64,000 nucleotides of DNA, from the NCBI GenBank assembly GCA_051294905.1, contig CM119376.1:18166001-18230000 (forward strand), given 5' to 3'. The notes under the pieces were generated by a model, which saw only the letters and a list, made by a program, of their open reading frames with translations, was not told the DNA's origin and searched no databases. The stretch is from Botryllus schlosseri. Lineage: Eukaryota. Shown piece after piece: positions 15,001-28,400 of this stretch. The translations under genes were made by a program, and so were the position numbers. Position 1 is the stretch's first letter. The number at the start of each line of letters is the position of its first letter.

Positions 15001-18000
15001 GTATGGAAACTAAAATTCTACTTTATAAAATTAATTCGTAGTGACAGGGGGATTGTAGCTGTTCGGTCGTTATTCTATCTAACTATCATCCAGGTTCAAC
15101 TGAATCGTGAGACTTGCAGATTTGACTGAATGCAGGAACGTTTACATACAGCCCCCAGTTCAAGTGAGAGCAGAATAATACTTCTTCATTTCTCCTCACA
15201 CTATCGTACAAATACTTGAAAAAGTCGTCTCTCACTGCTCACTCGTTACAATTAATACTAGAATTGAGTTTGAGTACTCAAATCATCGAGCCCAGCCATA
15301 ACTGCGACAAAATACACTTACCCTATCACTGGAGCAGGACGTTTCCTCTCGAATTGGTCCTTCACAGCCCATATCCCCTTGATTCCCGTTGTTGCATGTG
15401 CGGAAGCGTGATCTCATGCCATAGCCGCACGAAACGCTACATTGGGTATACTCGCTCCATTGGTTCCAAGAAGGACAAGGCTGATAAAGAAAACAAACCG
15501 TGAATTCGTAGATGAAGTATATCATCGCGCCGAAATACTCATACCAATTCATTGCAGTCTTGTTCTTCATGTTGATCGCCGATACAGCCGGGCTCACCAA
15601 AGTACCCGTTGTTGCAGGTACGACTCTGTCTTCGCACGCCTCCACCGCAAGTGGCAGAACAATCGCCCCACGAGCTCCAGTTTGTAAACGACGGACACAA
15701 CTGCAAATTGTGTGGGATATAACTTAAGTTACTCTTAGATCGTGATGACCTTGAAGACAGAGGCGCAAGGAGTTTAGATGCCTCACATTGTTAACGTATC
15801 GCTTATGGGTTGGGTAATATAGAAAGTCATATGGAACCAGTTTAAGTTTGAACATCTAAAATTTCTGAAAGAGACCATGTGCACTAGGGCTGTTCAAAAA
15901 TAACTTTTTTTTCTGAATCTTGCGGGTTACTTGATTAAATCGTTAGGTTGCCTTAAAAAATGACGCACACCAAATTTGAATTCATTCCAACCAATATTCG
16001 CGGATTTCGTAGAGTTTGAAAATTTTGAATTTGCCTAGAAATGCAAAAAAAATATTTTTTCAAATTTTTCTGCCAACCCCATGAAATTGTTGGGCTGTCT
16101 TCAAAAACAATGCAAAACAAATTTGACTCAATTCGAAGCCGTAGAAGTGGAGTTATTTCAGTTTTTCTTAGATAATTCTGGGATTATCCTTGATTGGGGG
16201 ATCATCCCAGAATTATCATCAAAAAACTTGAATAACTGGGCTTCTGCAGCTTGGAATCGAGTCAAATTTGTTTTGCATCGTTTTTGAAGACAGAGCAACA
16301 ATTTCATAAGGTTGGAAGGAAAATTGGAAAAAAATTTTTTTTTGCATTTTTAGGCAAATTCAAAATTTTCAAACTCTACGAAATCCGCGAATATTGGTTG
16401 GAATGAATTCAAATTCGGTGTGCGTCATTTTTTAAGGCAACCTAACGATTTAATCAAGTAACCCGCAAGATTCAGGAAAAAAGGTTATTTTTGAACAGCC
16501 CTAATGTGCACGGCATTTTCCATTTTTTAAAAGTACGAAAACTCACCTTCTCATTGCAAGATTGCGTCTGCTCCGCAGGCCCTTCGCAAGTGTTCCGCGC
16601 GTTGCTATTTTGACAAATACGAGTCCGGCTCGAGACACCGCCGCCGCAAGTGAAGGAGCAAGTCGACCATCTGCCCCACTTCGACCATTCTGCGCAAGGC
16701 TAGCGAGAAAATATACATAGTTAAAGCCTTAGAAGTAATCGCACGTGACATTTGTCATTGATACCTCTTCGTTGCAAGCTGTTTGCTCTACTGCACTTCC
16801 CGGGCATCCTTCTCCGCCAGGAGTGCACACTCTTGTCCGAACCGAGATACCCGCTCCGCACTCTTCACTGCATGTGCCATATTCTGACCATTCACTCCAT
16901 TCAGGGCATTCCTAAATTAGTATGTTCGATGGTGACACACAATTTTTTTCTGGGTGTTTAATGAATCGGAAAAACAATCAAAATAGTCATTATATGAGAA
17001 AATGAATATACACTCATTGTTCTGGTAGTCTTCGGCACTGCAACGGCTGTAGCCAAAAAAACTGATGAAGCATACCAATAAGATCCCGGGAAACGTAAGA
17101 CTCACATCAGATCACTTTAATTGCAACTGTGCATATTTTACAGAAAACCTTGCACTCCGCGTCAGCGGTGTCTTACAAAAGCCTAGAGGTGGGCCGTGCT
17201 ATAAGTCGTCAGTTACGGAAAATAAGAAGAATATCGGCCTGGTGTAAATGACCATAGTAGTCGACAAACACCATGAATACCCCAAAAACAAACAAAACCT
17301 TGCACTCACCATTGAACTAATTTACAGTTGGACTCAAAAATATTAGCACAACTTCTCTAATTACGATTCTTCCTTTTCAATTATCTCTACCTCTAAAACA
17401 ATCGCCACAATTCTGTAATCTAACCACTTCATGCATAGCACAGGAACAACACTTTGACTTTTCTAAAATTTTAAAGGTTTACTTCAATATTGCCGTTTTC
17501 CTTAGGGGGCAGGTTACCTCCCGGATTGTGTTTTCATTTAGCAGTTATACATTGAATAATGATGATAATCATTTATAGATATCCGAACATAGCAATATAT
17601 CACCCCTACAATAGGGCGCTGTCCACAAAGGCAATTAAATATATAAAGTATAACAATATGCTCAAAAGACGGAGTGCATAGTGGTAAGGAAAGAACAAAC
17701 AAACACTACTGTAGTTGGAATGCACGTGTAAATAAAACGATTGTGACTCTATATGACTTACTGCATTCTGGCAAGATTTGGCTTCTCGCCGCGGTCCAAA
17801 GCATTCGTCGCCGCTGCATCCTCTTGTCCTGGCTGTGATACCTGGACCGCACGATGAGCTGCACTCTGACCAAGACGACCATCTCTCCCATTCAGTGCAT
17901 TCCTGATCAGACAAGATCGTTTATAGTTGTCGATTTCATGAAAAGCACCAGTAACCAGATGTGGTCGGCAACAAACTATTACTTTTTTGAGTACGGAAGT

Positions 18001-21000
18001 AGGTTTTACCTGCTTGTATTATTTGCTCAACTTGAAGTACAGTAATTTTGACATGCCTTTGAAATTGCAACTTTTACATGTACTTGAGTGGAAATTTCTG
18101 GCATTGCATCTACTTCTGCTTGAGTAGCAACGCTGACTACTTTGACAACCTCTGCCAGAAACATACCTTATCGTTACAGTCCCTCGAGTCTTCTGTACTT
18201 CCAATGCACCCCACCATATTATCGACGCCATTAACACATATCCTTGTTCTGACTGAAGAGCCGCCGCCGCATGTACGAGAACAACCTCCCCAGGGTGTCC
18301 AGTCCGAAAAGTATGGGCATGCCTTCAAAAGCGGCGATGTGTCAGCACCTCTGTAGAACGCTTAACAGTATATCAATCTGTACCTCTCCACTGCAGTACT
18401 CCGATTCAATGGGACTTCCCGAGCAACCTTGCATTCCGACAGTGCCGCCAATGCATTCCCTGGCATGGGTGCGGCTTCCGCCTCCGCAGGTCACCGAACA
18501 CCCGGTCCACGAAGACCAATCGCCCCAGGTTTCACAATCCTAAATAAATCGTGAATTTGAGAGGTGGGCAAAATTAAATTGCCGGATGAAGCTGAGTTGG
18601 GAAGATACGATAGAGTCTTTATTTTTTCGTCGAACTAGAACACATGACATACAGGCAAAAGACTATCAATGATAATAGACCAAATAATGCTGAACTATTA
18701 TTGGATGTCATTTGGAGCAATTTTGAATCTTCATACTTTGTGAATAATTTTTTTGTCACAGCTTTTGAATGAATTTGAGTGGGCATCTGATCTCCGCTTC
18801 GGTTTTACCACAACAGAGAATCAATTAGGGATTTTATATGGAGCGTGAAGCTTCAATCCAGGACAAAATTTTGATTTGAAATCGTCCTACCTAATGCAAG
18901 CGATAGCACAATAGGTCATGAAATACTTTTAGTCCGTGCTCAACAAAAATCAACCGGGAACATTCAAGTCATTGTCATCGACACCCGACTCGAAATGAGA
19001 TCACTCAAATCTTTGTCATTAGACAATGTCAAAACATACATTTGTGGCGCAAGCCTCCAGTGAATCTTGTGATCCCTCACAACCCTCGTCTCCTGGGTTC
19101 CCGTTGACGCATACTCTTGAACGCAGCCTTGAACCTCCTCCGCAAGTTTCCGTGCAAGCCGAATATGAGTCCCATGAAGACCAATACGCGCAGTTCTGCG
19201 GATGATAAAGTAGTTTGTACTCGTTCACTGGTATTGTCAGGTTGTGATGCACAATACCTGTCTGTTGCATTGAGTTTCTTCGAGAGAGATGCCGATGCAT
19301 CCTCTGTCCCCAATGTTACCGTCCATGCATGACCTCAAACGAGTTTGAACCCCAAGTCCACAGTCCGAGCTGCATAGAGTCCACTGGCCCCATATACTCC
19401 ATGATGGGCAGTTCTACGATAGATTCGAAATGATAAATTGCACTTTCTAATGAATGAACATGAGAGAGAGAGAGAGAGAGAGAATTTATTCGGTCCATGA
19501 ACATTGATAATACACAGATAGATAAATACAAAGCAAAGTATATATAATTCAGAACCAGGCTCTAGCGAAGGGATCGGGAGATCATCAAGTCAGCTACAGC
19601 CTGAAAGGGTGGTTGTAATATGAAACTTATAACATAATATAACACATTTGCAAGCAAAAAATATAACATATTCGCAATGTATCAGAAACAGATGAAAAAC
19701 TAAGTGGGATCACAGTAGGTAACCTAAATAGACGAGATAACACAATGGCACTGGCTACAGGAACACAAACTAGGCAAAGAGATACTGATTGACAAATTTA
19801 TAAAGAATGTTCATAATTTCCTGCAAGATATTCGTGAAACATTTGTTTAAAGATATGGAGTGGTATATCTTTAATATGGGGCGGAATGGAGTTCCATATA
19901 CGAGGACCTTGGAAACTGATAGTCTTAAGATGTTCTCGGGGTAGGAATAGATTCATAGAAGAGCCTCGGGTATTGTGTGAATGGTGACTGGTGAGATGAG
20001 TGAAATAGTCTAGGAAGATTTCTGGTAGGCTCTCATTGTAGTAGCCATGCATGAGCTTACCTATTTCATATAAGTGGGTATCTTCAACTTTTAAGATGTT
20101 CAAGCGACTATATAAAGGATTTACACTATCTCTGCGATTGGCGAGACAAGTCAATTTAATCGCTTTATTCTGCAGGCTTTTAATCCGATTCAAGTATTTG
20201 GCTTTAGCTGAACCCCACAATACGACCCCATAAGTCAAGTGCGAGTGGAAGAGTGTGTGATATATTGTTAGTCGTGTGGAAAATGGTAAGAGGAAACGAA
20301 CTTTTCTTAAGATTCCTATTGCTTTCGATAGTTTAATGCAAATTGAATTAATGTGATCACCCCATGATAGCTTATTATCTATAATTATGCCTAGATAGGA
20401 TAGAGACGTCTGGAAAGTAGGTCTTTCATTATTGAGCTTCAGTACTATGTCTTTTGGAGTACCTTTACCAAAGAACATACAGTGTGTTTTTGAAGTATTT
20501 ATTGTTAGTCTATTGCTACACATCCAGTCATATATTTTTATTAGATTTAAATTACATGAATACTCAAGGTCAGCTGTGTTACAAGATGAGAGCATGAGTG
20601 ATGTATCATCTGCAAACAGTTGAATTGTGAAGTCCGTTACATTGTCCATATCATTAATATATATTAAAAATAGGAAAGGACCCAGAACTGATCCTTGAAG
20701 GTACACCCATTTCAATTTCGAGCTTATCTGTTGAGACTTCACCATTTTTAACAAATTGCCATCTATTACGTAAATAGGACTGTAGTAGCTTATACCTGTT
20801 ACCCCTAACTCCATAGTGAGATAATTTCTCCAAGAGTATTGATCTATCCACTGTATCAAATGCCTTTTTAAGATCTAGAAAGATGCAGATGGTGGATAGA
20901 TTACTGAAAAGGTTTTTAGAGATGTTATTTATACTATCTATAACTGCATGCTGGGTTGAGTGTCGCTCTCTGAAACCACATTGTTTTCTTGATATTATGC

Positions 21001-24000
21001 TAAATTTCTCAACGAAGCAAGTTAGCCTTTTTAGTATTAATTTTTCTATGATTTTAGAAAAAATAGGCACTGACATGATGCTAACAAGTTCACTGTCATG
21101 AACCCTGACATGATGCTAACAAATAAACTTTGACTCACAGATATATTTCATTGCAAAATAAATGTCATGCCGTTGATTTGACTATAGGCAAATTGACCAG
21201 TATTTGGAGACTTTGTCGAAAACTTACATTTAGTATGACAAGTTAAGTTAAGCAAACATTATAATCATTGTCAGATTACCTGGGTATTGCATTGTTGACT
21301 AAGTTGATCATCGCCTTCGCAACCAGAGTCGCCAGTCGCACCGTTGATGCAGAATCTTTGCTTAAACTGGATGCCACCGCCGCAAGACGTGGAGCAAACA
21401 CTCCACGACCTTGACCATGTTCCCCAGGTAGCGCATTGCTGCGTAGAGTGAATATTTGCAATATGGAACAAGATGAAACAAGGACTGCCATACATTGCCA
21501 TTGCACGATTCCGATTCGCTCATGTCGCCAATGCAGCCGAAGTCACCAAGCTCGCCGTTTAAGCAACGTCTCGTCCTTGTTCTTGCACCATCCCCACATC
21601 GAACAGAGCATGACGACCAGGACAGCCAGAATGACCAGCTTGGGCAAACCTGTCGCAGAATCAGATACCCATGAACTATTGGCGGATCCCGTTATTATCT
21701 CATATACTCACATGATCATTACAGTTCTTTTCCTCAAAATCACGCCCAGTACATCCAACATCGCCGAAATCACCCCCAACGCACGATCGACTTCTTCGGT
21801 GGACTCCACCGCCGCATGACGTTGAACATTCACCCCATGGTGACCACGGTGTTACAGTGACGCACGGCTAAATTTAAATGTGTTCAAAGAGAAATATGGC
21901 ACATACATACTGACTGTGATATCAGAAGTGTGTCGTGCACATGAATATGTCAGTCTATTGAAATCTCAAATCTTCCATTGCTTTTAATTCAGTGTACACT
22001 GTACAATTGTACATGCTTCTTATTAGATGTCTTGGGTCCAAGATGGGTGCTTGATTGAAAAACTACTCTCAATTTTGACTGCTTCCTATCTTTTCATTTT
22101 ATGTGATGTTATGAAAGGATGATATGATTACCATGCTGAACAGAACTGAAGTCTAAGCACTGTATTTTAAACGTCCCACTTACTTAGCAAGGAGACTAAG
22201 ACATGTTACTGACACTCCGGGCTGTTTTGTGAACTAAGTTGCAAAACACCTCTTTGTTTCTGATTTTACGTGCTACCAATACATCTTTATCGAAATGTAG
22301 CAGAAAAAACAAGACTAATTTTTGTGTGACAATCATGTAACATAATTTAAAAGCCATTGCCCACTACTATTTTCCACTGTTTCTATCTTGGCCAATACCT
22401 TTATAACCATAACACTTTATAGATTATAAAGTCGTGGAAAACCTATATATGACATCAAATATTGAGGATGTTAACTTAGCTCCAAGTATTATTTTAACTT
22501 ATATGCCACTATAGCCTATGGCTTGACAAAGTAGTAGTGTATGTAGTGGTAGGACAAGATTTTCGGCTGAGGTTTTCCCACAAATGGGAGTTTTTGCAAG
22601 ATACTAGATGAGGTCTACTGCCATTTACTGCAATTGCCAGTAGCATTCAATCAATGTTACATTTAGATATGTTCAATAGTCGAGTGCTGTAATATACCTT
22701 GTTGTAAACTCAAGTCTGCTCAGTATCACACTGGTTCTGCATGAAATATTCTTGAATACAATTCATTTTCATGACATTTAAGCAGTTGTTTTAGGTCTTA
22801 TAAGAATGTTACATCATTACATATGTAGAGGTGCGTTGTGAGAGTTAGGAAGGAATAACATAAGGAATATTCAGCACAGTTATACCCCTGCCTCTGTATT
22901 GATACAACTGATGCGAGCAGTTGGATAACTCATCTCATTCTACATGCATAAGCAGCATCCATATCTCATAAATTGAACTTCTACTCGAGTGCTACTCTAG
23001 AACCACCTAACCATCTATAGAACTGATTATAAACTATCATCAGGCTGCTAAAAAAACCACCACCATGTTAGTCTCACTATTTGTCATATCCCTTTTCAGG
23101 AATAAATAAAAGATTCACCCATTTTTTAGCAGCAGACAAATTTGAAAATTCAAATTTCACCAGTGTTAGCAAATGTAAAGCGAAAAAAGATGGACGAAGC
23201 AACAATTTCGAAAATTCGAATTTCACCAGTGTTAGCAAGTGTAAGCAGAAAAAAGGACGGACAAAGTTATACTCGCAGTGATCAAATAAAAAGGAAATAG
23301 TGAAAGATTGCATGCATGTAGCAGTGTGACACTTTAGAGAAGCATTCTCGCTTGTTGTTGAAAGAAAAAAGTGCATACGGCAATAGTATTTGTAAAAGTG
23401 CATCTCATGCGAAATGACAACAAAGAAACATATTCAAAGCAGTACAGTAAGGTGGTCAACGCTACTCAAGTAGAAGCAATATCATATATCCCCTCGAGTA
23501 CAAGTGAGAAGCAGAAATTTCCAAGTAAAAAAGTAGTTTTGCTTCAAAAGAAGTACAAGCGGAAGCATTCTGAAAACATGACTACTTGAGTACGACGGTA
23601 AAGTAGCAGTACTTTGTTACCGACAACCTCTTGTAATAGAGAAGCAAGAAGCAAAGCCTTGCAAAACAGAATCACCAATACTCAATTCTACATATCAGTC
23701 AAGACTGCAGAAAGGAGCGTTTTGTTAGTAAGCAAGTCCCATTGCAAGCAAGCGTCTGGCTGAAGAAAGCGGTCTTTCCCGTAGGCACACTAACGTTGGA
23801 TGCGCATCGACGCAGGTCCGTCTCAGAGCCGTCGCATCCTTCCTCGCCAGCAGTCCCGTAGAGACAAACACGACCGCGCGCTTGAACGCCGCCTCCGCAC
23901 GACTCGGAACAGACACCCCAGTGGCTCCACTGGACCCAGGTGGGACAGGGCTTTAATAAATCAAAATCGTTGAATAAGTGATTCACGTTGATTTGCACGC

Positions 24001-25413
24001 ACTGTATTTATTGTATTATACCTCGTTGTTACAGAAACGACTCAGTACGGTAGATCCGTAGCAGCCATTGAAGCCGGCGCTTCCAAATCTGCAGTCCCGC
24101 GAACGTCTTTGAGATCCACCACCGCACTGGCGGTCGCAGACGGTCCATTGCGTCCAGAGTTCCCAGGTTGGACAAGCCTGGAATGGCACGTCCCATGAAT
24201 CAGACAAAGCTAGACGTATTTATTGGGGTTATTTTAGCATCGATTCATTGACCCTGTACTATGTAGAAATCATATTGGTATGCGACTATCCAAGTCTTTT
24301 AGACAATACATGGGCCCGACGCCTGGATCAGTGGTGGTTCCAAACCTTTACAGATTGGGACAAGTAAAATTTGGAAAGGAATTCGGTGGAAGGTGAACCT
24401 TGAAAATCAAAATCAAAACAATATGTAATTACGACAAAAGTTTACAACCTAAAAGCAAAGAAAGCAACATTAAATTTATGAGAAAATCGCTTCTGCTGCT
24501 TTGATATCATACGAGTTAGGTTAGACGTGGTTCTAGAGAATATCTACAAACACTGACTTCAGCACTAACTCGTCTGTTCGCGCTGCCGTTTCAAGCTATG
24601 ATGCAAACCTGAAGTACAGTAATTTTGTCCACTGTCAACAGAACAACTTACTTCATTTTTACTATCGGGTATCTTTTGAACAAAATTCACACTGTACTAG
24701 AATTCATTACACTGTCAAATATTGGTATATCTAGTTTAGAAGTCTTTCCCGTGATCACATATAACTGGCCTAAAACGAGTTGTAGTGGACCTTCAAGCAG
24801 TTGGGCACAACACTTGCAACAGGACATAGTCCAAAAATGACGTGGAATTGACTGCACACTGACGCAAATTACAGAACAGCTGCAGTTCTCAATTGATCAG
24901 AAATTTCGTAGTTTTATTCCTTATTGATGGACATCTCGCAATATTGCAATCAACATATGGATTGCACAACAGATAACGCTTACCGATGGCTGAGAACCTG
25001 GCCTAGATGCTAAAATCGGTAAAAATATCTAGAAATATCGTAACAACGTCACCTCTGTGTTACAGTCTTCGTCTTCCTCAGCGACACCTGTACAGCCAGC
25101 TTCGCCCGCCAGTCCGTTCAGACAAACCCGAGTGCGGGTGATGCGTCCCCCGCCGCAGGTCACCGGGCACGGACCGGTGTAGATCCACTCGGACCAGGTC
25201 GCGCAAGGTCCAGCACTGCAAGCCTGGAAGGACCACAGAATAACACACCGTTTCGCACACCTCGCCTCAGGCTACGTACCTTAACTTCAACAGCCGGGCC
25301 TTCACAATCGTCGAGGGTTTGGAAACCGTCGGTGCACACCCGGCGTCTGGTTTGAGTTCCTCTTCCGCACGCCGCGTCGCATTGAGTGTATTCGCTCCAT
25401 TCCGACCATTTGG
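1..25413 (-). CDS. TSR block 2: >=50 thrombospondin type-1 repeats, nearly all one repeat per phase-0 exon
   Basis: The 45 complete exons from 24177 to 681 are all multiples of 3 (32 are exactly 156 nt), start xCP/xCA-like and end CNxx-like at |gt. Two exons hold two repeats. The last exon (88-1) is truncated by the window. Confidence 0.95.
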
Positions 25414-28400
25414 CTGAAATGACACGCGGAGTGTGTAGAGTCAGTACTCGCGATGATATTTGAGGACGATTTTGATCACAGTTAAAATCGATGATTAATA
25501 TTTAGTTAATTAATATCAATGTCTTCTCATATGGCACAGGTCAAACACAAAATAACAATCTAGTCCCTTCCTACTCAGATGACGTTAAACGTTGCCAGTA
25601 ACATTTTAAAGTATTCAATTAAATTTTTTCTCCTACTACCACTTCCTAAAGTAGTTATGATATTGGATTACTTACAGTTCTACTTAACAGTTTTTGTTTC
25701 ACACAAAACTAGGCCAAGAATACTCATTTTTTTACCTACTTGGAAATCATTAGTTTAACTTGTACTTGAGTCGAAATTTACAATGCTACTTCTACTTCTA
25801 CTCATGTACCAGCAATGATTACTTTGATAACCTCTGGGCACCGTAATTTAGAATTGACCTCTGCACCCCCCCCCTCCCTCCTCAAATATTACAAAGTGTT
25901 TCTATTATTATCCAAAGGTATCCATAAAAGAAATGTTTGGGCTACATAACGCTTACCGCACGCTTGTGGGCAGTTTAAACGCAATGGAACAGATACAGAA
26001 TCGGAATTCAATGTTATATACGTGTTCTGATCACCATCGCAAGTAATTCCACACTCGTCTCGATCAAAACAATTATACACTGTACGAAGGGAGGTGAGTC
26101 ATTCGTAATTTTAAGGATATTCTGATCCCATTTAGCATGTAGTTGATTATGATCAATCATCAACTACTTGAGATGTAATCGGGTAGGATTAGCGGCCAGC
26201 AACACACTTCAATCAAGTGGATTACGATTACTCATGTCTGATTGCGGTGATACAATCATTCAATTTGATGAATAACATCTCAGGTGAGTCAAGTGAAACC
26301 GGTAATCACTCAGGCCGCAATCTAAAAGGGGACTTCACTCGGACTTGAGAGGTACAATCATTAGGCTTCAGGTGCGATTTAAACTTAAGGTCAATATTTC
26401 AAATACCTGTTCTACAAGCGAAGTCGGTGATGTCGGAGACGATGTCAAGAAGAGCCGAGAATTCGCCGACAAGAAGCACGTTTTCCGAGTCAGGATCGGT
26501 GGCGATAGCGTTCAACTCGGATTCGACAATTCGATCGGTGATACCAATAACAACGACCTTCACTCCAAGGTTCTTCAATGCCTAAGAAGTATTTCGACAG
26601 CCATCACAAAATATGAAAAAAAATATTTTCCGTAATAGTTACCGACTCAAAACGTCATGTTAGGTAAATACAGATCGATTCACTGGTGACTCTGCCCAGA
26701 TTCATCAAGATAAATCTACTGTTAGTCGGTCTGAGACGTCAGTTGCAGAACCTGACTCGATATATCCTGTGGCGAGATATTCAATAACATATTGTGAACC
26801 AGTTCGCGGTATGAACTACATGCAAGCACTCAATTCCTTTCACTAGCAGTCGCTAACATATTTTGACAGAGACTTTCAAGAAGGCAGGATTACCTCATGG
26901 TTTTGTACAATGTAATTAATAGTTGAAATGGTTATTGGCGAAAGAGTTGAAGAATCAGCGTTGGGGATGGGGAGCATTCATGACCTCGTGTTGTGTATTA
27001 ATGCACGATAGATTCATAACAGGTGTCATCATCCAAGTTTGGCTACTAAAGTCATATATGAATAGTATTCTAAAACTTGACATATATGCTTAATGCTCAT
27101 TGCTCATATTACCAAATCAATCCATCGGGCATTGAAATTTCCACTGTCATAAATGCCACACTACATACGTATGAAGGGCAGATGCTGGTTTTTCAAAATG
27201 GCGCTTGCGCTCGACACCATTAAAAACTGTATGAAATACCTGTACTTTGGATTCGGGTTGGTCCTGCGCTTTACCGTCAGTAAGCACAATCGCCAAGTTC
27301 GGAACGTCGTTCCTGTCCTGGTCGCGATCGCCGAAAATATTATTGGCGGCATACTCGAGAGCTTGACCCGTAAACGTGCCACTGCCGTCGTACACCATGT
27401 TGGAAATAGCGGTCAGCGCTTGTTCCGTGTTCAAATTATCGGCGAAATTAAAAAGTAATTCCACGTTCCGGTTGTATCGAATGGCAGCAAGCTACAAAAT
27501 TTACGACCGATGAGGCAAAGTTGTGGTGGCGACAAAAAGTGATCAACAACCAACCCTTGTGTGGTCGCCCCCGAGACGAAGTTGCCGGACGATGCCTTGT
27601 AAGAATCTTCGCACAGTATTGAAGTTCTTCTCCCGAATACTACTGCTCGAATCGATGATAAGAGCCAGGTCGAGAAGATCGCAGTCTGTGACATAGAAAG
27701 GGTACTTCACTTTGAGGGTTTGTCTCGTTTACTAAGCGACATTGCATAGTATTTCAACTGAGGCATTGCTCGTTAATATGCTTTATGTGATATGATTTTA
27801 TTCGACTTTAACCTTGTCTTTCCGACTTGACAGCAAAACAACGATAGCTTACAAGTAACAGTATTACTAGCATATCTTTTCGGTATGCTTGTGCTGAAAC
27901 TAATTTCGAGAGTCGCGATATTTATTTTTCTTACAGAATCAAGGTCAACTTACACGCTAAAAACATGTACATCGCATTTACACGATCATCACTTTGAACA
28001 CATTTTAATTTCAAATCAATACCAACAACCAATTTTTAGTGTGATGAAATGATACGCAAACTGCAGCAGTTACACTTCATAGCTATGTTAAAGTCAAAAT
28101 GGAATGTTATTGACGCTAAAGCACAAATTGAGAGGAATTGACTATACTTGAGGATTGATATTGATCATAAAATGATGGGATAAAGTAACATATTCTGACA
28201 AGTTATTCCACTATAACACCATCTACGACGAGACTATTATAAAAGTTAAACCGAACTCACCCCTTTCTTCTTCATCTGTAAAGCATTAAAAATCAGTTGA
28301 GACTTAATATTAGATATGGGGAAATAATGGGAGAACTTCAAATTGAACTCAAGATGCTTAACGCAAGGGCCTGAAGATGTTCAAGTGATTGCGGCGAATC

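Noticed and set aside
23081-23281. ORF with an internal peptide repeat ([13 protein letters not shown] x2)
   Set aside because: It is explained by a 66-bp intronic tandem duplication and has no splice or homology support.
681-24177. CRISPR-like or satellite periodicity (~215-bp spacing)
   Set aside because: The period is exon plus minimal intron; the units are diverged coding sequence, not identical direct repeats with spacers.
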